Below the pieces are notes generated by a model. It worked only from the letters and a program-made list of their open reading frames with translations. It was not told where the DNA came from and did no database searches. Below are positions 1 to 13,263 of a stretch of 64,000 nucleotides of DNA, one piece after another. This stretch comes from Azolla caroliniana (taxonomy: Eukaryota; Plantae; Polypodiophyta). Positions within the stretch are counted from its first letter, which is position 1. Every line of letters starts with the position of its first letter. The stretch is from positions 2,790,001 to 2,854,000 of the forward strand of contig JBHGNT010000004.1 of NCBI GenBank assembly GCA_043228905.1. Direction: 5' to 3'. A program made the position numbers and the translations under genes.

Positions 1-481
1 CATATGTCCAGTTTCATTGCAATCAATATTGATAGAACAGTAGTTGTTGTGTTCTCAAGCCTTGTTTCTGTCTCATCCCTAGTTACCTCCAATGGTCTGC
101 TGATGTGTTTAACCTGGAACGCCACCACAAAATTCAACACACACACGGTGAACAATTACCATCCAATCAAAAGAGTTCAAATGTAAAGGCGTTGATGTTA
201 ATATTCCCAACCTTGGAAGCATTAACCACTGTCTCACTCTCAAGAAAGATAGAATTTTCTTCCAGGTTAAATTTTCCCTTCCCCATCACCAAGAAAGATG
301 CAACTGAGCAAATGGTATAGAGCCATCTATGTAATATGCATTATTACATTTTACATCTAGCTTATACATATTTTCAAACACATGTGCATAGCTTCAAGAA
401 GCTCCTTGATTGCTTGGGGTTGCATCCATAACATTCTCCAATTACTACATACATCCTTCATAAATAGAGGCAATCTTTTTC
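1..481 (-). CDS. Possible internal exons (382-481, 212-326, 1-113) of an unidentified gene continuing off the left edge
   Basis: AG/GT-bounded segments join into one open frame (..RLPLFMKDVCSNWRMLW..WLYTICSVASFLVMGKG..VKHISRPLEVTRDETETRLEN..). No family was recognised, and one implied intron is only about 55 bp. Confidence 0.3.
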
Positions 482-1347
482 CTGATACGATTTACAAGAT
501 ATAATGTTCTCTCCATTTAGTGCGGCTAACAACAAGATATAAGACTACTCGTCTACTTCTTTGCACAGTATGGCTTTACATTACAACATCATTTTGCCAC
601 AAGTAAACAACAACAATTGTTATTTGGGATCGCTCTATATTCATGTTAAGTTTCCCCAGTAGTAACAAAACTGTTAAGCTATGTATTTGCATAGTGTGCA
701 TGTTTCCAGCTTAAGTGTTTGCTCAACAAAAAAAGGTATGTATAGAACTTCTTGACCTAATGCTTCATCTCAATTTGGTTAAATCTTGCAAGCATTCAAC
801 AACTATTCACAAAAGCATACAATAACTGACAAGGCACTCAAATTTTCACATATAGTAGTATTGCACCTGAACTTCAGCAAGACCCATGATTTGTGCAATA
901 ATTACTTGAACAGACCATCAGTGTTAATTTTCCAGCACTTTCTGCATGTGTGGTTCTCCAGAAGACCACTTCCATGTTTTTTCTGTATAGGTCATCACTG
1001 CTGCATATTCACGATGTAAATGTGCAGTTAGATAATTCCAAATATGTAAGCGTACTCTTGAATCAACCAAACCTATAATCAAGGTACTTTTATGCTGAGA
1101 TAATTGCTATAATATTTAGCAAAAAGAAAAAACAGTATGAAGCAAAGATTGATCATGTGAAACTTACTCTGTTGTTTAAATTATCTCTAAGAATAGGTAG
1201 CTAAGCTTGTATTTCATTGATATTTCCAGGGTTGGGATTTTCATTTTGCAATGTTAAGAAGCACTTTAGAATACCATGAGATTTCTCATATACCCAATTT
1301 GATCAGTATACTCTTGGACTTATGTTGAAGGAATATACTCTTCCAAA

Positions 1348-1658
1348 CACAATTCAAGAAGAAAATAGAAAATCCCGCCTTTTCCTCCTACTCCACACTA
1401 TGCACCGAATCGGAAAGACAAAGGAACACACAAAAGATGAACCAACCCCCATGGAAAACACAGTTCCTGACAAAAGTCTACGATCTTTGGGCTCTGTGTT
1501 CTCCATTCACAATTCAAGAAGAAAATAGAAAATCCCACCTTTTCCTCCTACTCCACACCATGCACCGAATCGGAAAGACAGAGAACTAGCAGAAGATGAA
1601 CAACCCCCCATGGAAACACAGTTCTTGACAAAAGTCTTTGGGCTCTGTGTTCTGCATC
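1348..1658. repeat. Tandem duplication, about 160 bp x2
   Basis: cacaattcaagaagaaaatagaaaatccc...tttgggctctgtgttct occurs at about 1348 and again at about 1508 with scattered differences. Confidence 0.9.
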
Positions 1659-1684
1659 CAAGCATACATTGTTACATACCGATA

Positions 1685-1685
<1 letters not shown>

Positions 1686-1715
<30 letters not shown>

Positions 1716-1726
1716 TGTATGTATGT
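1686..1726. repeat. (ATGT)n microsatellite
   Basis: Direct reading. Confidence 0.95.
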
Positions 1727-2297
1727 GTAAAGTACATTGGTCGCTCAGCCTAAGGCACATGCGATTTGCACCGTCTGATGTGGGGGGGGAAAAAACACGT
1801 GAAGAAATCGTCACTTATTTGGGGAGCCCGACTAGGAGCCCCCCTCCACTGTCTGACAGCCTCTGTACCTAGGAGGCCGACTCTGTCAAAAGGAGCCCCG
1901 CTCATTATTAATGAACACTGACTATAAAAACCCTGAATCACTCATTTTGAACCTATTTTGAAAAGAGAGTTTTAGGGTATTTGGAGGGAAGAATCAGAGA
2001 GGAGCACCACTTTCCACCAAAATCAGAGAGGCGCAACACTTTCCGCCAGAATCCAAGAGGAGCACCACTTTCCGCCAGCGAGCACTTCCCAACCACCTAC
2101 ATTTGAACTACAAAATGAAGGCAATAATAGGTATGTATTTTCATGGTTGTTTAAATTTTTTACATCGTTTAGGGTTTCTTTTCATTTACATTTGATCACA
2201 TGGTTTCATATTCTAACATGGTGAGAGACTTAGTTGTTCCATTTTTCAAATGTATCATATAAATGCATTATTATAATTTCAGCATCAATATGAAGAA

Positions 2298-2549
2298 ATG
2301 CTGAGGAGGAGCCCAATAATCTATTGTGACCCGTTGAATAATCCACTAACAGTCAGCTTGAAGACATTGGGTGATTTGGTGATACGTCATATCTCTATTG
2401 TTGCACTCGACCATTGCATCATTAGCGACGAGCGGCATCATGTATTGCATATCCTGACCCAACCCAATGGGACAGATTGTAGGTTTTACGTGATGCTTAT
2501 AATTTGGATGAGGAGTTCATTCAAGGATTCGATTCAACAGATTTTGTAA
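2298..2549 (+). pseudogene. Ulp1/C48 SUMO-protease fragment, transposon-associated
   Basis: IIYCDPL resembles I.Y.DSL, and QPNGTDCRFYVM resembles the catalytic QxNGxDCGxxV motif. The fragment is truncated. Confidence 0.65.
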
Positions 2550-3211
2550 GTATGGCCCAAGTATTGAATAATGGCATTTGTTATTGTAAGAGCTGCAGCA
2601 AATGTGTGCATTGGTGTAGGGTAAGGAGCAATGGTTCGGATTCGAAGATGTGGAGCTCCTTCGAAAACGTTGGCAAAATGGGCACGCCGGATTTTGGGCT
2701 TTCCCATATATTAACCAGAGGAAATGTTATACTTTGTAACATAAAATATATGATATTAGTGTATTATCAAGCTTTTTTGTATCAATTTTTTGTAACAGTG
2801 TTGTAAATTTTTAGTACGTTGGAACCAAGGCTGCCAACCTTTTTTGCATATTGTAACCAAGGCAACTTGAATGATTGTGGCCTATTGTAAATGGTTGATT
2901 TTGTAATATGGCATCTATACGTCTTGTGTATCTTCTTCTTGCCTCTTATTTGTAACATGGATGTAAAGCTTGTTTATATGAAACTGTTTGTATATATGCT
3001 GATGAGTTTTGATTCTGTTCAGAGGATGGAGTTTTGATTTTTCGGTTTTTGTATGCAATGGATTTTGTTTAGAGGATATGATTAATTGACAACATGAGTA
3101 ATGCAATGGATTTACTTATGATACACTCTTATGCCAATGGATTTACTTATGATCTACTCTAAGGGTGATGATCTACTTCTATATAACTAAACATCAACAT
3201 TCGAATCTCAT

Positions 3212-4643
3212 TTAAGAACCCTGCAGATCATCATATTGCCCATGAAGTGTGTGAAGAAACAACATCCAGAATTCAATAAGCATAGTGTTGAGTTGTATAT
3301 GGGCATTGTTAAAAACAGAATCACATCTCGCTTTCCATATTATCCAAAGAGCCAATGACGTGATTATACGCCAAATGACCAAATTTTTAATTTTGAACCG
3401 TGAAATAGAAGAAGGAAACGAGGTGAGAGAGAGGTGTCCATAAGAAAAATGAAAAACATGAGAAGCATGCATACTTTCATACCTCATAACCTCTCCATGA
3501 AGGACACCCCACAATATTGCACCCCAAGAGAATATTGATCGAGAGTAGTGTTGTCTCAACAATAAAAACAACTTACTCCAAAATTTCTTGATCTTGGGAC
3601 ATAACCAAAACACATGCAAAATCGATTCAATAGGTGCGCCACAATGCAATCCACAAGCATATTGTTGATGTTGTCTCAACCAATCACCAATAGGAAGAGC
3701 ATAATGAATCAATGGCCATTGAAAGCAAATAACTTTTTTCAGCAATTGCATGCTCCACAACCATTTCCAAAAAATTGCAAGTTGTAATTCCTGCACATTA
3801 TTCTCAGGCCAGTGCTTCATGGCAGCAGAACATTTATAGTTTGATTGCAACAATAAATTTCTACCTAGCTTAACTGAATATTGGAAAAACTCCAAATGTT
3901 TACCATTTCCACCATAAGTCGACTTTTTCCATTGATAATCAGCCAAATCCCAATCTAAATTTTGAAGAGGTTTTTTTTTAAAAACCCACAATGAACAATA
4001 CAACAAGCATTCTTGAAAGGGTGGATCCAAAGACCATTTTTTCCCCGATCTTGCGACTACTTGAATGGCCAAAGTGTTTGCGGACATCCACACATCTGAT
4101 GCAGAGTATACATGCCACAACCTACCCTCATCATCAACATTAAAATACATAGCATCACCCGTAGCATTAGTTACTTTAGCTCCTAAAATAACTTTTAAAG
4201 GAGAAAAATAACCAAACCTTACTTAAGGGAGACCATGAAGCCATAAATTGTCCCAATGCCATTTGCATATCATTACTCATAACAACGCCTCCTCGAACTG
4301 AATGCATTGATAAAGATTATAATAGACAATTCATAACATGGCATCCCCATGAAAGAACATTACATGCAACTGATGCATCCAAAGCAGCCCAATTTAGCCT
4401 GGGGCGGCTACCAAGCAAAAAACCTCTTGCGTCAGAGAAGAGAAAATTCGAGGTCAAAGGTTGTCTCAACAAATCATCCATTGTCAAAGGCATTTTTCGG
4501 ATTAAAATTTTCTTAACAACAACCCAACTTGTGAGAATTCCATTAAAAAATCTATCTTCTAGTAAGGATTTTGGGTGTGTTAAACCAAGGATTTTCTGTT
4601 CAATGCTCAAAAAGGGTAAGAATTCAATCTTATAGACAATCAT
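3212..4643 (-). mobile_element. L1-type LINE ORF2 3' remnant (zf-RVT region)
   Basis: ORF 3212-4150 contains CGLHCGAPIESILHVFWLCP and W..IWKARCDSVFN. Upstream ORF 4317-4643 is frameshifted relative to it. Confidence 0.85.
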
Positions 4644-5404
4644 ACAAGAATACTAATATATGAGTTCAATACATGCTAAACATGTCCTATTATCATGAGA
4701 TATTGTAGTTGAGTAATGGTATAAAAGAATGAAACACTTCTATTGAATTCAGGTGTTAAGAGAGAATGGAGTAGAATAGAATCTACTATTATTTTCCATT
4801 CATCAAATTTCGATCTATGGGAGCAATTAAACATGTCATCATATATGTGATCCCTTGTGAAGGGGGTTTGCTATTTTGTAGTTAAAATTTGTGTGAAGGT
4901 AATTAATGTGCTTATATGCTCATCCTTCTTGGTGGGATTTGAATATCATGCTTCTCTAGTACGGCATCATACTTATTGCATCTTATGAGCATGTGAGAAG
5001 AAGAAAAAAGACCAAAGAGAAAGAATTAAAAAAGAAGAAGGATTTGAACCATAAACCTAGCAAAACTTAAGAGTAACTCTAACCAATACCCTATTCATTT
5101 CTATTTTAGTATAATATATTTCTATTTTATTCTTTATTACTTTTACTTTTTTGAGAGTCGGGCTCCAACCCAAAGTTGGTCGGGCTCCTAGTGACAAAGG
5201 CTGTCAAACAGCTGGTGGTAGACGTTGTCAGAGAGTCAGGCTCCTTGTGTCAGAGTTGGGCTCCTGGTGACAGACGTTGTCGGCTTTTTATCCAGATTGG
5301 ACGGTGGAGATCACACGCGCCATCAGTTGAGCAACCTACACCGTCCCCGCCCGCGATTCCCTCACTTGTCCTCTTTAATTTTTGGTTGTAGTTAGACACA
5401 AGCT

Positions 5405-5540
5405 TGTATGTATTCTATATATGTACATATACATACAAATATATATGTTTCTATCTGTATGTATGCATATATACATTACATACATATATACATACATACA
5501 TATAGATAGATAGAAATAAGATAGATGTGATGTATGGATA
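5405..5540. repeat. Degenerate TA/TACA microsatellite
   Basis: Direct reading. Confidence 0.8.
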
Positions 5541-7289
5541 TGCTTCCTTCCTTTCATTAATGTGTATGTTTAGGAAAATGCTAGGCCATACAAACCCTTC
5601 TCGTGTTTAACAGAACTCCACTAATGTACGGTGTACCCCTCTCTCTTGCTTGCTTTATTAAGAACTCCTCCGATCTCACTTTGCGTAACTGATAAAATAA
5701 CCAACATAGACACAACTAGCTAAGTTAGCTGAGTTAAATTTTACCCCGAAGGAAGCCTTCTTGCTCTCTATGTCATCCAAGATTATGGGAATGGGACTAC
5801 GATGTGACATTCTATCTCAAAGTTCCATGCTCTAAGCTATTATTATAATGACCTCTCTTATGCATGCATTACATGAATTTTGGGGAGTGATTTAGTAGGA
5901 ATGAAATCAAAGAAAATGATTGTGACTTATTGTGGCACTGCAAATCACATTGTTAATCACCATTTAACTCTAAGAAATAGAACATTGGATGGGGGCCATG
6001 GTGCTAATGTGGCGCCAGTGATTGGTTGCAAATAACTATAGTCTATGACCAATCCCAAGGATAAAATATTAGACTCAATATTTCAATTGACTTGGGGTGA
6101 ATAGCAATATTGGGATGACTTCTCATTCCTTGGGGCTTATTCTTCCTCCCCATAAATAACAATACGAGGATCACTTTCTCATCTCCATGTTTACACATAC
6201 CACAATTCACCAAATGAAGTAAATTATTCCAATTCCCAATGTCACACGATTGTTGCTTTCTTCCTCAACCAAAGTTAGCATCATGATTTGTTAGCATGTT
6301 AGTGGGGAAAATAATAGTCCATAGGACATCAAAACATAAGCATGAAAGTTTTGTTAGTGTGATCCCATGTTAGCATAGGAATGATGGCTTTTCTCCCTCT
6401 CCAAAAGATGTTTTGGCCATAACTTTGGCCTTATTCTTAAAATCAAAATCAAAATTAACCCGTATTCAATCCTCGTTCCTAACCTTGATTCAACATTTCA
6501 TCATCACACCAATTTTATCTACATACTACAAGAAAAAAAAAAAATTATCCCCTTGACATTTGGGCATATGAAGGGCATGACATCTCAAAGGGATGGGAAA
6601 TGTGATGAGCTAACAAAATGAGAAATGTGATAAGCTAACTAAACTATAACAAATCCTCACGATGTTTCCTATTGCTGATGAGATCTCTCTTTCAAAGTGA
6701 CTTTGCACAAAATGTAAAGTTAGACATGTGCATTTAGGACAAGAAAAATGTAAATCTACTTTTAAGTACTTCAGGTATAATCATTATTTCTGATTGTTAA
6801 ACACCTAACAAGAGAATTAAAACAGCTAGAAAGAGTTCATATTGTACTCAGGCTCATATGCAAAGAAAAGTTTCCTGAAATAAGCTTTGAAAACCACCAT
6901 TGAGAAACAATTAATAGAATGATCTCTGCATAATACATTTACATCGTATTCAAGGTTGTCGAAGGATGTCCAACTGTAGAATTACCAACATAACATCATT
7001 TCAATGTCTGATTTAAGTTTGAATCAGGTGCTCAATGCTCACTGAAATTTATTTAGCAAATGTATGCCACTTGTTACGAGTGGTTGTACACATCGATGAA
7101 GAAATTAATGCCTCTCCAGCTAAGCTCTTTCATCCATGAAGACATTTCCCATACAAAAAAGCCATTCAGATGTTTCTCTATCCTTGATAATCTTGGTTTT
7201 AGCCTTTTTGTACAAGACTGCAAACTAGGAAAACAAGCACAACTCCAGAAAAGATGTTATATTTTTATTCCTTGAAAACTGTCATTACA

Positions 7290-10200
7290 TCATGCAGCAT
7301 GTTGCAAATTTGTGTTTAATGAAGCTTCTCCATCTGACCCAGTTTCCTCAGTTATAGATGATAAATGTGAAGATGGCATAGTAGTCTCCTCTGTAGAACC
7401 TGCTGAATTTAGAGGCAATGTAGTCTCTGATGAAAAAGATGCTTTCATTTCCTCATACTTTGCAAGAACCTTTTGTAGTGCATCATTGATATCCAATGCC
7501 TCAAACATCATCGCTTCATCATTTCCCACTCGTTCAATAATCCTTTGCAAGAGGAACTGAGAGCGATGGCATTGCTCTATCAGAGTGGCGGTCAGTTCAT
7601 CCTACATTTACCAGAAGTTTTTAAGGTCACAAAGTAATGGAGAAAGTTTCAGAAAACAAGCTATTCTTTCCTTGCTATGATTAACGTAAGGAAAAGGATA
7701 GAAAAAAACAATTAATTTTACATTTTAGATCAAGCACAACATTCTAAACAAAACATATCGACGTTATTTATTAAGTGTCTTGCACTTATTCTGGGATCAA
7801 ACTCATGTATTTTGGACATAAATGAGTCACAAAAATATGAATCGTGATTACCTCATTTGAACCATATTGTCATAAATGGAAGATGTAGAAGGATGGAGGA
7901 AGGGAAAATATAAGAAAAATAACAAAAAAATCAAAGCTATTACATGATTAACCTTCAATTTATTCTCGTCCTTAAAACATCAATGCAATGAGCTGAATCA
8001 ACAGTTTGAGTTGAGCTTACCTTTATTGAACCTTTATAAGCATACAGCTGGTGTTCCATTTTGCCCATGTCATAACATCAATTGTTTATCTCAAACCCAT
8101 GCTAAGAAATTGTGATTTCTACTCTCCTGTTCCCCTCTTCATGAACTGCCGTCAACTCTACCAACTCCTACTCTCCACTGCTACAACACATTATCGATGA
8201 ACTTTAAATTTGACAACGTACCCTCTAGCATGTTATTTAAATCACAAGTGTCAGATACCTCATGCTATTCTTCTGAATTCAATATGAATTCTTAACCTTT
8301 CCAAGAACAAATTTTCTGCATCTTATTGTAGATATTGAAATGCTCCTCCATAGGCATCATCTTACCACAAGGTTTTCTTCACTCCTAAATTTCACTTACA
8401 AAAGTGGTTTTCACTAGTGTAGTTTCCAAGGGATTCAGTTTCTTTGACCTCACTCTCAATTTCCATAATTGAATGTAAAGCCCAACAGACACATCTCTCT
8501 TCATGAAATTTGGCAAATAATGATCTAAGGCAGCAATTAATATCTAAAATCTTCAAAAAAATAACGATGCATCACTTCTCTCTGACACAATTGTCAAATC
8601 TGAAGCCATAACAAAGCTGGGCCATCCTATTTTCGAACTTTTCAATCAACGCCTCCACTAATTTTTGAATTTCAAAAGGATATATAAAAGCAGAGTCATA
8701 TATAATGAATGAACGGTAGAAGTTAGAAAGGGATTATGAGCTCAGATTATGCATCAAGCCATGGCCATTATGTGAAAATCTTACGAGCATAATCCCGAGA
8801 AGCGGCTGTTTCTGAATCAAGCCACTACCTCAGGGCAAATGGCTGTTTCTGAAAACTAAAATGTATTTTGAATCTAATAGACTGTATATTTTGAATCTAG
8901 ATAACATATGCTTTGTTTTAGTTCTTTGCATTTTTCTTTCCTAGTTGATTAGAGATTTTTCAATTTTGCCACATATTCAAGTTAAATGAGAGCTATTTTG
9001 AGCTATATAACCTTATTGCATTTTATATTTTCCTAGCTTACTGTGAAAATATACATATAACCTATAAAATTAATGTTAGTGATTTTATTCCGTTTCCCAG
9101 TTCAAACAATAAGAACTATGTATGGTACCACCCTACTTTTCCTTTTCTATATGTTGGCTGTCAAATGAGTGTGAAACAGTCAGAAGGCCATCGTTGTATC
9201 TTAGCACAAAACATAGGTAAACTTAATTAAGATTTATAACTCTTTAGGAATGAAAATGATCCCCTAATGAGCAGGTCATTAGAGCTGGACAGCAGGATAG
9301 ACACAACCATGTATAACTATATAAACTACCAAGTGGCACCATATATAGAAAGGAATTTTTATGTTGCCAGCAGAATCGCGGTGTTAATCTATTGTTTCCC
9401 AGTTTTGGATAATCTGTTTTTTTTATTCCCCTGTTTCCTATAAGAACTAAGTATGGTGCTACCATTCTACTTTTCCTTTTCTATATGTTAGCTGTCTAGC
9501 GAGTGTGAAAAAAGCCAGTACGCCACCATTCTTATCTTAGTACAAAACATAGGCAAAGTTAATTAAGCTGTATGACTCTTTAGGAATGAAAAGTACCCTT
9601 ATTCAGGGGGGCTAATGAGCAGGTAATTAGAGTTGAACAGAGGCCTCACAACTAGCAATCGGCAACAATTTGGTTTGATTTGGTTTGGTTTGGGAGTCTC
9701 AAACTCAAACCATTTAAAACCAAACCGTTTAAAAATTTTGAAACTTAACCCGAACCGAACATGAAACCGTTCAAACCAAACTGTTGAGGAATCCAAGCTC
9801 AAACCAAACAGTTCAGGAGATTTTCAAACCATTAAGCCATTATTCAAATATTCAGATTTTCAAAGGTTTCCTAAAATGCCAAAATTTGCCTCATAAGTTA
9901 AAAGGTTGTTCAAGATAATGGTCACGAAATATTCATGAAAGTGTCAACCCTAATCGTTAAGCCGTTTAAACTAGAAACCACTAACCTGATAAAGGCTCAA
10001 ACTGAACAGAACCGAACCATTGTTCCCCCAAACCAAACCATTTATACAATTAAGTTCTGTTCAGTTCGAACCAAACCGTTGCCAATTGCTAACAGAGACC
10101 CACCACGTATAACTATATAAACTGCCAAGTGGTGTTGTTGAGAAGGGATTATGATTGTAATATTGTTGTATAGAAAGGAATGTTTATGTTGTCAGCAGAT

Positions 10201-12939
10201 TCACGGTGTTAATCTATAGTGTCATTTGTGTACTGTTATAATCCCTCGCTCCTATTATTCTCTTGTATTCTCAAGATTGTGTAGGGCGTGCACACGGGGT
10301 CATGGGCAAGAACTGAGCCAAAATGTTCAAGGTGGAACACTGCCCGGAGTTGCATTCTCATCCTCAAGGAAGGATGCTAAGAGCAAAAAGGCAGCCGGGA
10401 TGCCCTCAGGTAGTGTGAATTAACCTAGCCCTCGGGTAGTATGAAGTTATGGGCATTGAAGTGGTTTTATGAAGGTCATAGTGAATGGGATAGTCATGCG
10501 CAATGCAGGTCATATACACAGCATAACTCATGGTGACTGTAAGAAATTAGCCATCAAAAATGTATCACGGTTTTTAGGGTTTCAAAGCCAGCACAACACA
10601 TCTGGTGCGTCAAAGATAAAACAAAAAAGGCTATATATTGTGAAGCTTCTTTGGACCACAAACATTGTAAGTTAACACAGGTAGCATACTCATGAACTTA
10701 ATCATAATTACCCTTTCACATGACTCCAAACGGACCATATAATGAGAAGATATGAAATCATATAACTCTATGCTGAGGTTAAATAATGTCCTAGCAGATC
10801 AAGTACTCATCTTTACAGCAAAAAAACATGATGATTCAATTAAGATGGAAATTATCCCTCTAGCTTGCCCACAACTATTATCAAAAACCACCCTTTATGT
10901 TAAAATCTGTTAGACATACACTCATTATAGTGGAAACTATAGAACCTACCTACTGCCCTCTTTCCCATCTGATAATTTTGTTTTCTTATATACCTAGATA
11001 GCAGAAAGTGAAGTAGTGATCTCATCCAATTTGAGCTATATGAGTCCACATAGTATAGAAAAATTAACTTTGTTTCCATGCATATCATTCACAGTTGATA
11101 AAAGAAGGAAAACTTATTACCTGAAGAGCTTCTTGATGGGGTGAGGATGTCAAAACAGTTGAAAGCAAGTCTACAGAGTTGCGTGCAGTATGGAACAATT
11201 CATCAGTTTGTGTAATGTTAAGATCTCCATACGTATTGATTAGACCCTCCTCTCTAACCCTCTGTGACAAAGAATTATTTTCAATAGGAGCTCTAGAGGC
11301 AGACTGAGGTGGAGTAAATATCGGGGCCAAACTTTCTGGATCCCGAAGTGGGAACTTCACTCCTCGAGACTTCAAACTCTGCAAGACACACCATGATTCA
11401 TGTGGGAGGGACAATATCCTGATTAAAATAATAATGTAAATTAACCATGATATCTAAGTAAACTAAAGGTGAGAGTATTTTTCTCTTACCCAACCAATCC
11501 TCCCAAGCCTAGGCCAACTGGCTGGCCAGATGCTTAATTTTGTTTCTAAATCATAAGTAGAGGATTCTTCATGTACGTTTGATATGAATGTGTAGACTTG
11601 ATAGCTCAAGAATGTGATGGTAATTCTATTGAGCAACTTACCAGTCAAATTACCATGATGACAAAGTCAAGTATAGGTTATGAGAATAATCACAGAAGAA
11701 CAATGTACATTAGGGTATCCCGGTCTTAATTTATCCATTATATCATCATTGTGTTAAGACCATACTTATCCACACCATCTGTCTAATGGGCATAACCCCA
11801 ATCTTCATTCCCTTCTGTATGCTAAAATATTAAAGTTATATGCATATGTCAATTCATTTTAAAGGCATATCCATTATTATCTGGTACGCTGGATTTATGG
11901 AATTGGCTAAAACCAAGAAACCCTATATTAGATAGTTTGGGAGTTCCTCAATTTCTATATGGAGAGTAAACTAATATAAAATGCATTAAAAATAGTTTGG
12001 AAGGGCACCAAATGCAATGTACTACAGTTATATATTAGTAGACAAATTTTGAGATTCTATACATAAGATATAGCATAAACTATGAAGTCAGAGTCGTTCC
12101 TAAGTCAGTTGGCCTATCACAATTGATAAACAATTATGTTAAAGATCCAAATATCGTTGCCCTAGTCTCTGGCAATGGAAATTTTATATATGTTTTCTAT
12201 GGATAAAACTAGAATTTTGTGAATTCTATGTGCATAAAAACGAATTGATATTCAAGATGCTAATGAAGCTCTCAACTAGAAAGTATTTGGATAGATTGAA
12301 AGGCAGTTTTTTGTGAAAAGAATAAAAAAAAGAACTGTATAAACCAAGAAATGAGAAATCTGTGGGAGGGGCTTATACCTTGTACGTTTCTTCGAACATT
12401 GGAAATTTACGAAGTTGTGGAGCTGACTCGCCCCAAGCTTCAATAAGCTTAAGAGCTTTATCTCTCGTCACAATTGGAGTACTTGGATCATCAACGATCT
12501 TCACCATCTCATCAAGGACATGTTCATTTGATATCTCGGCAAAGAGATCATCGCAATTCTTCACACACGCCTCTATAAGTGTGAGCGTCAGAAGTTGAAC
12601 CCTGGCATTAGTATCAATGGCTGTGTGAGCATTCTGATTCTTAAGTATAAGCCTTTTCTTCATGGCTTTTGCCAGCTCTTGTTTGCTGATCTCTTTGCTG
12701 CGAACAGCATCACAGAGATCCATGATTTTAGACCAATCCGGACCTTGATTGTTAAGAAGCTTGTCTTCGGAGGTTAGCTCTTCTACTAATTTGTCTGTGG
12801 GTGTGGTGGCTTTGAAGAGATCTCTCATTTTCTCGTTGACAGAAGCCATGCCGGTGCTAACCTTCTTCCCTACTTCTGAACCGCTGAGCTTCAGCTTCCC
12901 GCTGAGGGAGGAGAGCTTTTCTTTGAGATTCTCGGCCAT
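7290..12939 (-). CDS. TOL1: TOM1-like protein (VHS + GAT domains), join(12379-12939, 11121-11378, 7290-7601), about 376 aa
   Basis: MAENLKEKLSSLSGKLKLSGSEVGKKVS..PDWSKIMDLCD..CVKNC..DEMVKIVDDP..LIEAWGES..FEETYK|SLKSRGVKFPLRDPESLAPIFTPP..|DELTATLIEQC..FEALDINDALQKVLAKYE. Both introns are GT-AG and phase 0. Confidence 0.92.
9083..10217. repeat. About 310-bp intronic duplication (9083-9393; second copy 9421-9652 plus 10092-10217, split by a MITE)
   Basis: Shared blocks ataagaacta..ctacttttccttttctatatgtt..tctttaggaatgaaaa..ctaatgagcaggt..gtataactatataaact..cggtgttaatcta. Confidence 0.85.
9653..10091. mobile_element. hAT-like MITE in TOL1 intron 2
   Basis: TIRs TAGCAATCGGCAAC / GTTGCCAATTGCTA (13/14 match). 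Many AAACC/AACCG subterminal repeats. Confidence 0.8.
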
Positions 12940-13090
12940 GTCGGGGAGAGAGGAACAGGGGCAGGGGGGGAAGGAGAATTTCTGAGGGGTTCTGAGAGAA
13001 AGAATGGATGATGAACCAAACAAATGCTCTCTCTGACTGAAGGCTGAGAATGGGCCATCATATCAAAGCAAGCAATCATACTCATGTTAC

Positions 13091-13263
13091 TAGGAATCGG
13101 CAACGGCTCGGCTCAAAGCCTAAACCGAACCGTTAAACTGTTCTTTAAATGGTCCGGCGGCTTGGTTCAGGTTTGGAAATTCCCAAACAGGTTTAGGCTT
13201 AACCGGTTTGGTTTGGACAAGGACAAACTGGTCACGCCGAAATAGAACTATTGCCGATTCCAT
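13091..13263. mobile_element. Short hAT-like MITE, same TIR family as 9653-10091
   Basis: TAGGAATCGGCAA ... TTGCCGATTCC, with internal AAACCG/CGGTTT repeats. Confidence 0.75.

Larger units (their letters stand above)
1739..5336. mobile_element. Non-autonomous TIR DNA transposon (MULE- or CACTA-like) with long imperfect TIRs, a Ulp1 relic and a nested LINE
   Basis: Left end ggtcgctcagcctaaggcacatgcgatttgcaccgtctgatgtgg...ctgtctgacagcctctgtacctaggaggccgac aligns with the reverse complement of about 5150-5336 (ggttgctcaactgatggcgcgtgtgatctccaccgtccaatctgg...ctgtttgacagcctttgtcactaggagcccgac). GGAGCCCGAC-like motifs recur in opposite orientation at the two ends. No clear TSD. Confidence 0.7.

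Noticed and set aside
7060-7225. Extra coding exon of TOL1
   Set aside because: An in-frame stop at 7290 precedes the available donor; at most this is a 3' UTR exon.
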